DNA of 62,875 nucleotides, filler included, from Welwitschia mirabilis (lineage: Eukaryota), in NCBI GenBank assembly GCA_051453625.1. It is 5 parts of one record of this genome, joined end to end, with 100 filler letters (N's around TTAATTAATTAA, not from the genome) between each part and the next. Parts side by side here need not be neighbours in the genome. Positions count along the whole stretch, not along the records: positions 42,601 to 54,888 come from JBOZIK010000001.1; positions 54,989 to 62,875 come from JBOZIK010000001.1; 3 more parts are not named here. One strand, 5' to 3'. Below, one piece after another: positions 51,928 to 62,875 of this stretch. The notes beneath the pieces are model-generated. The model saw only the letters and a list, made by a program, of their open reading frames with translations, did not search any database and had not been told where the DNA came from. Position 1 is the first letter of the stretch, and each line of letters opens with the position of its first letter. Both the position numbers and the translations under genes were made by a program.

Positions 51928-52839
51928 ATCCCAAGTTAATGATCCATCTACCATTTCTTTTTCATGCCTTGAAACATATGGTATTCATTACAGGTGAAGA
52001 ATGCCTTAGCCATTTAGTGCTAAACCTCCTATTCTATTATTTCCATTTTTACATCATTTATTTCAAGTGCAAAATACTTAAGACTGCATATTCCTTAGTT
52101 TCATCCTTGTCTTCTTAGCATGATTTTGTTTATAACTTTATGTTTACTACTCTAGTCTATTGGATTTTTTGGAAGGATCAGTACATTGAGATTGTTCTTT
52201 TATGCATTTTGCAATAGTACATTAATTTGCTAGGTAGTAAAAACTACATCTGTTCATCTTTTCTAGTTCTCGGTATTGCTCATTATGAGAAGTATAACCC
52301 TATTGCATGCATCGCATTGTGAGAACTCCACATGGCCATAACTATGCTTTTCCCTATACATGCACTTGATGTGGATGCTTGTTGGCATTAGTGTTAGGCA
52401 TCATAAGGATCATTACCTTCTTCACCTTTAGGCATGAAAGAAGCATGACTTCCACCTCTTACCAGTGACATCACCTTATCCTTAATGCCAGCTGCCTACA
52501 CCGCACTCTCCTCGTTTAAAACAATGAGTTCTTACACCACCAGTAGGGCTAGAAACCTTGCTTTGTGTGATATCCCACTACTATAATGAGTATATCGTCA
52601 TCATATGTGATACTTTTATCATTGCATAGGCTTTTAACACTGGCAAGCTGAATGCCTCTTTCATGTAGTGCAGAACCAGAGGCACTAGTTTTGCACTAAA
52701 CCTTCTTGCAAGATAACATATTTTTGTGGCTTTTGCTTTTTCTGCATTAATTTTAGTTCCTAGTCAATCAAAATGCAACTTCTTTAAAAACATCTGTGAT
52801 CATGGACATTCTTACAATCTTCATTCTAATAAGGCTCTA

Positions 52840-52930
52840 GATTGATTTACTTCCACCAAAATAATGATAATGTTAGGATGCTATGGATTGATTTATGTCC
52901 ACCAAAATAATGATAATGTTAGGATGCTAT
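52840..52930 (+). repeat. ~46-bp tandem duplication
   Basis: GATTGATTTA..TCCACCAAAATAATGATAATGTTAGGATGCTAT occurs twice. Confidence 0.9.
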
Positions 52931-53039
52931 TACTCATCATATCGAAGAGTGATGTCACATCAGATTTATGAGATTATGGATTCATGAGATCCATTCTTCA
53001 TCATAGTAATAAAATTCATAATGACCCTTAGATGTATGC

Positions 53040-54888
53040 AATCAATCTTATTACACACGCTCCATTCATGACACACACTTTAATGTAGTGGACTGTGACA
53101 TACTCTCTTCCTTAAGAAGTTTCTATCCCTAGAAACTACTTAATCCTTTTATTACTCTCTCAAAAAATCTTAATAAATTGTTTAAGCAATATATCTTAAC
53201 TTAAGATCTAATACTAACTATTGCAACCCAGTATCAGATTAGACAGAAGAGTGAAGGATGAGAGATTTATCTTGAGCATTACTGTATTTTCCTATAAATA
53301 AGTCCCTCTTTGACTCTTCTTCTTATTTTCCTAGAAATAAGTCCTCTTTCGACTCTTCTTCTTATCTTTATTGCCAGGGAAGGGTATTGAGGAGTACAAG
53401 GGTTGTCATCATTCAGATGAGTATATCAGACATTTATTCAGTTATTTGTCTGTGTGACATTGTATTTTATTAGGAGCTGTAGGTTTTCTGTGTGCTATTT
53501 TTTAGTGTTAGTTTTTTAGATTTGGTTTTCTATAAAAAAGTATGGTCGTCCCCTCTGTTGTCCCCATAACAGTTAAGACGACAATGTACTATTCTCATCT
53601 TCAGTTTTTTTTTTTTTGGATTTTGATTTTTTCTACAATAAATTAATTTCTATCATCTCCTTGATGTCCAGACAACTAGGTGGACGATAGTGTTATTTTT
53701 TGTGTTTTTCTCTCTCTATTTTTAGTTTTGGTTCTGTTTTGGCTTTTCTATTTCTATGTGCATCGTCTTTTTTATCGTTCCCATGACATATAGGATGATG
53801 GTCTATTATTTTTTATCTATTTTCTGTTGTTTTCTTTTTACAGATGCTGTGATATGGTCAACTTAGAGAAAAAATATCTTAGAGAAAAGCAACTGATAGG
53901 AAAAACATCAAAGAAGGATTGGTAGACATAAGAAAAGAGTTGGAAGAATAATCTCCAAGCACACTAAATCCTCCTTTCGAATTTGTTTTTTCTGAACTTG
54001 ATTTCTTTAATGAAAAACCTATAGAAGAAGAAAACTAACCTACAATATCAAGTGCTTCTCGTAAATAAAAACAAGTAGTAGGATCTTCTACCCGTAATGC
54101 CAACCTCACCCTCAAATAATTGTTAACCAATAAGAAAAGAGAAATTCAAACAACTTTTGACCTACTCCCAGGAGATGATGTGGAACTTAAAAATTTACAT
54201 GCCTACCCAACTTTTAGTGGAGAAGATGATAGGATCCTCTTCAACACATTGGAGATATTAACCAATTTATCCTCACCTCAGTAAATGGAATGGAAAAAAT
54301 AATAGATAGAACATATATGGTAATTTTTTTCATGATATTAAAGGGTAGGACAAAACTTTGGCTAAAGACATTACTCCAAAAAAGCTTAAAAACATGGGAT
54401 TAAGTTCGAAAACCTTTGTGAAAAGATTCATAAGTGAAGAAATGGTAACAAAAAGAAAAAAAAAAGGTAATAAACTTCCAACAAAAACCAAAAGAAGAAT
54501 ATGCCTCTACTTATGAATGTTTCTTTATAACAGTTCACTCTAATACAGTAGATGCCTTTTCAAGAGTAGAACAATGAGATCATTTTTATAGTGGATTAAC
54601 TCCTCACACAAATAACTTGTAAATTTCTCTTATAGAGGAAACCTCATAAACCTTACATTAGAAGATGGCTGGACTAAATTATAAGAACTTGTGGAGGTTA
54701 GTAAATCCTGGTTAATACTAAAGAAAATCATATAATAGGTTAACTCATCAAGAACTTAAAATAGGTGAAGCAACAGAAAGAGGTAGAAGAAAATCCTACA
54801 AATTCTGTAAGAGATTTTACAACAACCCTGGAGAAGTATGTGGAAATGATCTTAGATGCTAAAACCACAACTGAAAGAAATGTTATGT
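53040..54888 (+). mobile_element. Athila 5' part (LTR end/PBS remnant, 5' UTR, gag); same family as element 2; cut by a gap
   Basis: PBS 3' half TTGCCAGGGA (53371-53380); UTR motif GTCGTCCCCTCTGTTGTCCCC matches the reverse complement of ~21200-21221; gag from ATG 53854 is colinear with the minus-strand gag from 21127. Confidence 0.8.
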
Positions 54889-57800
54889 NNNNNNNNNNNN
54901 NNNNNNNNNNNNNNNNNNNNNNNNNNNNNNNNTTAATTAATTAANNNNNNNNNNNNNNNNNNNNNNNNNNNNNNNNNNNNNNNNNNNNCACTACAACTTT
55001 ATTGAGATTTACATAAGCTTGTTAAGATTGAACAGGTGTCTCTTAATGATTGTAACACTTCTAGTCAAAATACTTATGTTTAACTTATGAGTCTTCTGCT
55101 TCTTCACTACATTTCTTTTTTAATAGACATAAAGTATTATAACTCAACTTCTGATATAAAGTCTTCTATTGACGTAAAAGAGTAAAAAGATCTACTATGA
55201 TTTAAACTTAGTTCATTTAGACATTAGATGTTATTGTTGACTAGTGTTATGCATCCAATCCCTTAATTATTATTTTACTTATCCCTCCATTAATTTCTTA
55301 GAAAATCCCTTACTTTTATTTTATGAGGTAATTATTTGATATCATTCATATTAGATGTATATGCCCTATTTCATGCCATTTGATCATTAAAAATAGTGAT
55401 TCAAAATTGTTTTATAAAATAAAATTTACCAACTCCTACCGAGCAAAGTGAGGTGGAATAGTTGATTAAGTGAAAGTTAGGTTAGGGTCTTGTCCCAATC
55501 AATTTATGGGATATGCAATTTTATGTAAAATGATACTATAAGAAGTGGTATAAGACACTTCTAGTAATATTGTTTTATATAAAAATTGCTTAGGTTAGTC
55601 CTATTTTTGAGTGTATCCCATTTGAAGTGTTAGGTGTATCCCATGGTTTAAAGCAAGGTACGCAAATTTCTTGAGGAGAATACTTGAAGGATGTCTTCTT
55701 TGAAATTGTATAGGATGAAGGGTGTAGATACATCCAGGAAGATCACTCGANNNNNNNNNNAGTTACATAATTTGGTAGCTTGGTGCTTTCCTTATTGGTT
55801 TGAAGTTTGGTGCTTTTTTTCTTAGTGCTCTAATGCTATGCTAGAGGCATGTGCTAGTAATTGTGTAATGTCTAAGTTCTTCATGTCTTCTGAACTTAAC
55901 ATTAAAAGGGGGTTTGTTGGGTCTTAGTTTTATTTTAAGCATTGATTATATTGGATCCACATGTGATGGGATGTGATTTCTTAAAGTTTGGAGTTAGTTA
56001 ATGTTAAATATAACACATGTTATTATATAAATTAGTTCAGTTTTAATAAAATTTTTGAGCTGATTCCATTGAAGATCATTCTTGCTCCCTAGGACTTTCT
56101 CCCAGTTTTGGGTGTCAACTATGCATGAGGATTTAAAACCCATAAGATCTTTGAATTTATTGGACATTATAAGAAAATTTAGGGTTAAACCTATAGGTTA
56201 CGAATTTGACAAAAAATATAAAGTTCTACAAGAGAAGTTTACTCTTTAACTTGGGAGGTTGACAAGGTTTTTGGCTTGTGATAGTAACAGCCTTTTATCA
56301 TTTATTATGAATCAAAGATTGGAAATTAAAGGGGATGAAAAAACATTTAAGGAAGAGAGGTAAGTGCTAGAGATGATCTCAGAAAAGCTTAATGTCATAG
56401 TTGACTCATCTTTGAAAAGAGGTATGGAGCATTCCCTTTTTTTTTAAAAGAATTATGCATATTTCATTTTTCTAGAATGTGAATAGCAATGATTTTTAAG
56501 ATGATGAATTTTGGTGAAAGATGCTCAAGGTATGCTTTTGATTTTAGATGGTTTTTATTAGTTGCTAGTTACTTCATTTTTCTCTTTTTTCTCTTATTGG
56601 ACTTTGATTTTCATTGAAATAGGTGAAGGCTTGAAGTCTATTTATAAATCTGAGAAGTAGCTTGCATTGATTTGTGAGTCTTGGGATGAGTTTAGGGTTA
56701 AAAGGAATCTCTAGGAGGATAGAATAGTGGAGCTTGTAAAAGAAGGGAAGCACAAAATGATTTGTATCCTTTTTGAAGATCATTTATTGAACTTGTTTCT
56801 CCTATACAATGAGTATTAACACAAATCAGTGGAGATTGATCAGATGAGGGCAAAGAAGGCAGAATTAAAAAAGAGAAACCATGGATTGTAGGATTTGAAT
56901 TTTAATTTGATACATGAGGTTATTAGGTAAAATTTGGTATTTAATTACTNNNNNNNNNNNNNNNNNNNNNNNNNNNNNNNNNNNNNNNNNNNNNNNNNNN
57001 NNNNNNNNNNNNNNNNNNNNNNNNNNNNNNNNNNNNNNNNNNNNNNNNNNNNNNNNNNNNNNNNNNNNNNNNNNNNNNNNNNNNNNNNNNNNNNNNNNNN
57101 NNNNNNNNNNNNNNNNNNNNNNNNNNNNNNNNNNNNNNNNNNNNNNNNNNNNNNNNNNNNNNNNNNNNNNNNNNNNNNNNNNNNNNNNNNNNNNNNNNNN
57201 NNNNNNNNNNNNNNNNNNNNNNNNNNNNNNNNNNNNNNNNNNNNNNNNNNNNNNNNNNNNNNNNNNNNNNNNNNNNNNNNNNNNNNNNNNNNNNNNNNNN
57301 NNNNNNNNNNNNNNNNNNNNNNNNNNNNNNNNNNNNNNNNNNNNNNNNNNNNNNNNNNNNNNNNNNNNNNNNNNNNNNNNNNNNNNNNNNNNNNNNNNNN
57401 NNNNNNNNNNNNNNNNNNNNNNNNNNNNNNNNNNNNNNNNNNNNNNNNNNNNNNNNNNNNNNNNNNNNNNNNNNNNNNNNNNNNNNNNNNNNNNNNNNNN
57501 NNNNNNNNNNNNNNNNNNNNNNNNNNNNNNNNNNNNNNNNNNNNNNNNNNNNNNNNNNNNNNNNNNNNNNNNNNNNNNNNNNNNNNNNNNNNNNNNNNNN
57601 NNNNNNNNNNNNNNNNNNNNNNNNNNNNNNNNNNNNNNNNNNNNNNNNNNNNNNNNNNNNNNNNNNNNNNNNNNNNNNNNNNNNNNNNNNNNNNNNNNNN
57701 NNNNNNNNNNNNNNNNNNNNNNNNNNNNNNNNNNNNNNNNNNNNNNNNNNNNNNNNNNNNNNNNNNNNNNNNNNNNNNNNNNNNNNNNNNNNNNNNNNNN

Positions 57801-57940
57801 NNNNNNNNNNNNNNNNNNNNNNNNNNNNNNNNNNNNNNNNNNNNNNNNNNNNNNNNNNNNNNNNNNNNNNNNNNNNNNNNNNNNNNNNNNNNNNNNNNNN
57901 NNNNNNNNNNNNNNNNNNNNNNNNNNNNNNNNNNNNNNNN

Positions 57941-57965
57941 ATATATATATATATATATATATATA
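57941..57965 (+). repeat. (AT)n microsatellite at a gap edge
   Basis: Directly visible. Confidence 0.9.
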
Positions 57966-58454
57966 ATAAGTCTGTGAAGATATTTCTTTCCAAAGGATGA
58001 AAGATTGAGATTGGTGATTTCTTGACTAGGACAAAATTTTGTTTTCTATGACATTATGTTTAAAACTTGAAACTCCTTTATTGGGCAAAATTTTATGATA
58101 ATCAAAGGGCTTCCTTTTATTTTTGTTATTAATAAAAGGAAATGTTTTTGAGGTAGCCGAGGCTCCTTTTTTTTTAACCCCCTAATAGTGGCAAATTGGA
58201 TTATGATACATATATTTACACTACTTAAACTCTAGAAATATATACGCTACTACTATACATGGTTTTATTTTCTTGAGAATTTTTTTTATTTTTATCGGTC
58301 ATGGAACTAACAACTCATCCAAGAGTTGGGCATTAAGGATTTTAATGAACTTGAATTTATATGGTTTAAATTTATCTTCATGGATCTAAAACAAGAGAAG
58401 TAAGGGATTATCCTTTTCTAAAACTTCTTCAGTTGTAGTATTTTCCTCTCATTT

Positions 58455-60748
58455 TTAGGTAACAGAGACTATTGCACTTCTTTTAAGTATGACTTCTAAA
58501 GATAAGCCATGAAATTTTATTTTTTGATGCACTAAAGATATGACTGCCTTAGTGTTGTATATCCAAGGTCGTCCTAATAATAAATTGAATGAAGTTAAAT
58601 TTTTCATAACATGAAACTTAGTTTTTATTTTGATATCACCTACATGCACATCTAATAAGATAGTTTCGATTGATGGTCTTTCTTTGTCGTTAAATTTGCA
58701 GATCAAGATAATATTACTTGTATTAACTTTTTGTTGTTTTTCAAGCACTTTTAGGTAGTCATTGGTGATTATGTTAAGTTCAGCACCATAATTGATAAAT
58801 GATCTTCTAACTTTGTATGACTTGATTTGTATTGTAATGTATGGTGGATTCTTTACAATGAGTTTCTTTGGCATGGAAGAAACTTCACTTAGTTTATATA
58901 TTATATCAAAACTTTTCTCTTTGGTTGTGGCCACTTGGGTTTAGATTAAACTACTTCATTTGCCATTTCTTTAAATTCTTATTTGTAGAATTCTGACTTA
59001 ATCAATAATGGTTTAAGATGATGTTTGACTGCTTAGATAGAGTTGATTTTGACCTAATGATGTATTTGTTCTAATATTTACAATAATTTTTGTTTTTTTG
59101 ATGGAATTATTTCATCTTTCCTTAAATATTTCACCCTTGCTATCATCATGATTATATGACATTATTAGTTAACATTGATCGCAGCATGCTAAGTACCTGC
59201 TTGAGAGGTAGAGGATTCTTGAGTTAGAAGATGACTTTTGAATATTTTAAGGACTTCATTGGTGGTAGCCATTATTAAATCTAGTGTTATATTCCTCTTG
59301 TTTTCAAGGATATCTTAGACAATATGTTTAAGTCTCCAACAATTTTCTATATTATAACCTTTAACTTGGCAATATTTGAAGTATTAGTTTTCATTATACC
59401 ATCTAGGTTTTGGAACATTGAGATTATGTTACTTTATTTGAGGTAATTCAATTGCTCCTTTCATCAAAAGCAAAGTCAGGATTTGGGACAATGTTACATT
59501 GACCTTTGTGAAAATTCCTCTAGGCATTTTGGATTAGCCATTAGTGTTTTGGATGGGGTATGTCTTACCTTCAACATGGAAGGGTTGGAGTTGATTTATC
59601 TTGCTTTGCACTTGTTGTTTTGGTTCTTCCACTATAGAGATTATCTTAGAATTCTTGTTAGTGAATTTTCATTCTTTACTTTTATTTGACTTCTTTCTAG
59701 ATTTTAGAACTCTTTTTTCTCTCCCTACTGCTTCGATTCACTTGGTATGTTTGATAGCCTAATCAAAATATCAAATTTTTTCATTCACAAGGTTTCAGAT
59801 ATAAAAGAGATAGATGACCTAGCGAATAAGCCTGCCATATCTTTATCTAAGTGGCATATTCTAATTGCAAAGCTATAACTTTCCATCATTCAGTATAATT
59901 TCTAATGTTCTCTTCAAATTCTTGTCGCAAGTTGGTTTAATTTTTTAAAGATATGCAATGGGTGATGTTTATGAGATACTGCTTGACAAATGCTTCAAAG
60001 AGGACTTTTAAGCTTTGGATTGATCTTAAAGGTAGACGATGATACCATTCTATGGCGTACTTGCTTAAGAATCTATAGAAACAATGACAAGTGGTATCTA
60101 CATTAATACGATGTAGGCTATAAGTGTGCTTAAAGTTTCTTATGTGGATTTTAGGATCTTCTACACCCATGAACTTCTCAAATTCTAGGTTCTCAGATGA
60201 GCCCAATCGTCTTGCAGGAGCTAATGGATGAATAGGGTTTTCTACAATGTTAAGGTTAGTATATGGATTGAACTATGCCAAATACTCTTTCAAAGAATTC
60301 ATACTTTTTAGGATTTTAGTTAGGTCTATAGCTTCAACTAATGTAGATAGCCCTACATTTTTTAGGCTTTTACATTTGTTGTCACTTTTTCTTGTTTCTA
60401 CCTTAGGAAGGAAAGAGGTTTCTTTAGTGAGCTTTTTCAATAATCTAGATTGTTTTAACAAAGTGAGTTTAGTTGTTCATATGGTTTTTTTTCCTCTTTG
60501 TGAAAATCTTTGCCATTGTTCTTACCTCTTGCCTCTTTTTAACTTTCTTTAATGCTATCTTCTTTATTACTTGGATCCATATCAAGTGCTTATTTGCTTC
60601 TCTAACATTATGTTGGTCTCAAGATTCTAAAAGAGTTGTCTAATATTCTTTATAGTTTTGCATTAGGTCTTTATCAAGGGAGGCAGGGTCTTTCTTAGTT
60701 AGGATCTTCTTGTAATCTTATTAGACATCATGTTCTTTTTGGTGTGCA
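58455..60748 (-). pseudogene. Ogre/Tat gag-protease remnant
   Basis: ORFs 59937-60206 (retrotransposon gag) and 58455-58934 (aspartic protease). Confidence 0.82.
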
Positions 60749-62099
60749 TGATTATTAATCAAAATTAATCACGAAGTGGGTTCCATCAATCATGCAAAAC
60801 TGTTACTACAATTTGTAATGACTTTTCTATTAACTTGAATTAGATAAATTGATAGATCAATAAGTGAATTTTCAGACTTTAAAATTGATAGGGGATTAAA
60901 AACGATATTTAGGCACTCTTTTGAAGAAGGGAAAACCTTTGATTCCTCTTTTAAAAAGTAAAAATTATAAAGGGATGCTTTGTAAAAAGAGAACACTTAG
61001 GCGATGCTAGAATGATTTACAATGTTATTTATGGATGAGCTAGAAATTTAAGATATTATGATAATGAAAATAGCATAAAATTGATTAAACAAACTAACCA
61101 AAGACTGTATGAATGAAACTGCATAGTTCTATGAACACAATAATATTGTTTTGCAAATAAAAATAAACAAAATATTTTAACAGATCGATTAGGTGAGCTT
61201 AAAAGATATTATAGAATAATGTAGCTATTAAAATATTTCATTCACAGTTCTAAAATAATTTAAATTAATAATGTAAATCAATTTGCAAATGAGTTGGATT
61301 GTTTAACAGATAACTAGAATAGTTCTGTAGACAGACTAAAAGAGTTCTGTAGAGAAACTATAATAGTTCTACAGATAGATCAAAATAGCATAATATTATT
61401 TGATAGATGAAGAATGATAAATTAGTAAGTAAAATGCAGCTATTTTGATAGATTAAATAACTAAACAAATCTTATGAAGCAGATTTAATAAACTAAATAG
61501 AACTATTTAGAAGACAAAATAATGAGTATTAATATGCAGAACCTTCAAATTGATGATGAAACTTTTTCAAAACTTTAAATGACTTATTTGATTCATAAAA
61601 TCATTAAGGAAAGATTAAAAATGTATCAAATATGCCAAAAAAGGAAGAAATGGTGATTTATTAGCTTGTAGAAAGTGGATTTACAAGACTCAAGCTGCTT
61701 TGAGCTTGATATCCAAAGAAACTTTTCGCTCCCAAACTTGTGATGATGGATGAACTTGATTCCTGGCTAAAAGAAAACTTACTAGTGATTGGAAGACTTA
61801 CTCCCTCCCAATGACTGAAAGCTTCCTTCAAGTCACCCTTCCTCTAGCATTAGGGATGGATTTATAGTGGGAGGAAGTGGATAAGAGCTTAAGAAAAGGA
61901 AGGGATATGTGAGGACTTACTAGGAATAGGCCCTCGTGAAAATAGGGATAGTCGAACCATGCTAGGATCATGAAAGAGATTGATTTAGACTTTTATTTAC
62001 ATTTCTATAGATTATCTATGAAACTATTTTGAAGACGAGATTTTAGAGACATCTTTATAAAGATAAATGTTTGTAGACCAGGTTCTATATGTCTGTATG

Positions 62100-62600
62100 T
62101 AGATTTTCACAGATAGAATGCTAAAAATAAGGCTTTACAAATGAAATGTAGACTTTTGCAGGTGAAATGCTGGAAATGGAGTTTCACAGATAGAGTGTTG
62201 GAGATAGAGTTTTGTAGACAGAGTGCTAAAGATAGAGTTTTACAGATGAAGTACTAGAGATAGAGTTTTACAAATGGAGTGTTGGAGATAGAGTTTTGCA
62301 GACTGAGTGCTAGAGATGGAGTTTTGCAGACAGAGTATTAGAGACAGACTTTTGTAAATAAAATTCTGAAGATAGACTGAAAACTGACTTTTACAGACAG
62401 GATATTAAAGACAAACTGAAAACATACTTTTATAGACAAAGTATTGAAAACAGACTTTTGTAGAAAGATCATTAAAGATAGAGTTTTGTAGACAGATTTT
62501 TGAAGATAGACTTTTATAGACAGAGTATTGAAGATGGACGAAAAATAAACTTTTGCAGATAGAGCATTAAAGATAGATTTTTAAAAACTGAATTTTATAG
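62100..62600 (+). repeat. Minisatellite with a 28-bp unit built from two 14-bp subunits
   Basis: GAGTTTTGCAGACA-GAGTGCTAGAGATA; at least 6 clear consecutive units from 62179, more degenerate on both sides. Confidence 0.9.
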
Positions 62601-62875
62601 ACACTATTTATTTTACGATCTGGACTTTAATTATGATTTGGAGAATTTTTGCTTAATTTAATTAGGTGTTTGATGGATTTCGTCATAATTATATCACCAT
62701 GATCTGAGTCTAAAAAACCTAATGATTTTAAGTGTATTACAAAAAAGACATCAAATAACATTAGAGTAAAGGATTGTTTGAGAGTGAATTTGTGATACCT
62801 TGGAGCTAGCTTGCTTCCCTCCTTTCTTAAGTCGAAGATTCAACTTAAACTCTAAAATCACCTCTTTCTCCTTTT

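Larger units (their letters stand above)
58000..62875 (-). mobile_element. Ty3/Gypsy Ogre/Tat-lineage element, 5' part (LTR/UTR, gag, protease)
   Basis: gag FEKFMGVEDPKIHIRNF...AIEWY; zinc-knuckle remnant KYCQVKGYNIENCWRLK (~59325-59376); protease SFINYGAELNI...SFNLLLGRPWIYNTKAVISLVHQKIKF, an Ogre-type motif; minus-strand TATA CCACTATAAATCC at 61858-61870. Confidence 0.82.

Noticed and set aside
56914-57993. Three ~350-aa ORFs
   Set aside because: They are translations of a ~990-N gap.
60770-61015. PBS/LTR boundary of the Ogre-like element
   Set aside because: Two weak candidates (~60775-60790 and ~61000-61012), and neither is convincing.
62100-62600. CRISPR-like array
   Set aside because: No unique spacers, no cas genes, and a eukaryotic TE context.

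Overview
This is AT-rich plant nuclear DNA, most likely heterochromatic or pericentromeric, from a gapped draft assembly. It consists almost entirely of old, nested, heavily deaminated LTR retrotransposons, and I found no intact host gene. From left to right: (1) a Sirevirus/SIRE Copia element on the - strand (1-5934) inserted into the integrase tail of (2) an Athila Gypsy element (-, 5935-13156); (3) a Copia INT/RT fragment (-, ~13770-15030); (4) an Athila derivative lacking RT, RNase H and the integrase core (-, ~15420-21343); (5) a near full-length SIRE element (+, 21444-31420) with a decayed extra env-like ORF and multiple PPTs; (6) a non-autonomous Athila-like element (+, ~31421-35389); (7) a decayed, apparently intronless delta-ornithine aminotransferase fragment (~38613-38773); (8) LTR-like debris; (9) a two-LTR Ivana/Oryco-type Copia (-, 47336-51927); (10) another Athila 5' part (+, ~53040-54888); (11) an Ogre/Tat Gypsy 5' part (-, ~58000-62875) with a 14/28-bp tandem array. 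The most interesting items are a conserved ~150-bp non-coding motif shared by two otherwise divergent Athila-like elements, a GC-richer island with possible divergent ORFs, the OAT retrocopy, and a strong C>T/G>A decay signature. Several N gaps are flanked by diverged duplicated sequence, so some elements may be assembly chimeras. All calls were made by eye and boundaries marked ~ are approximate.
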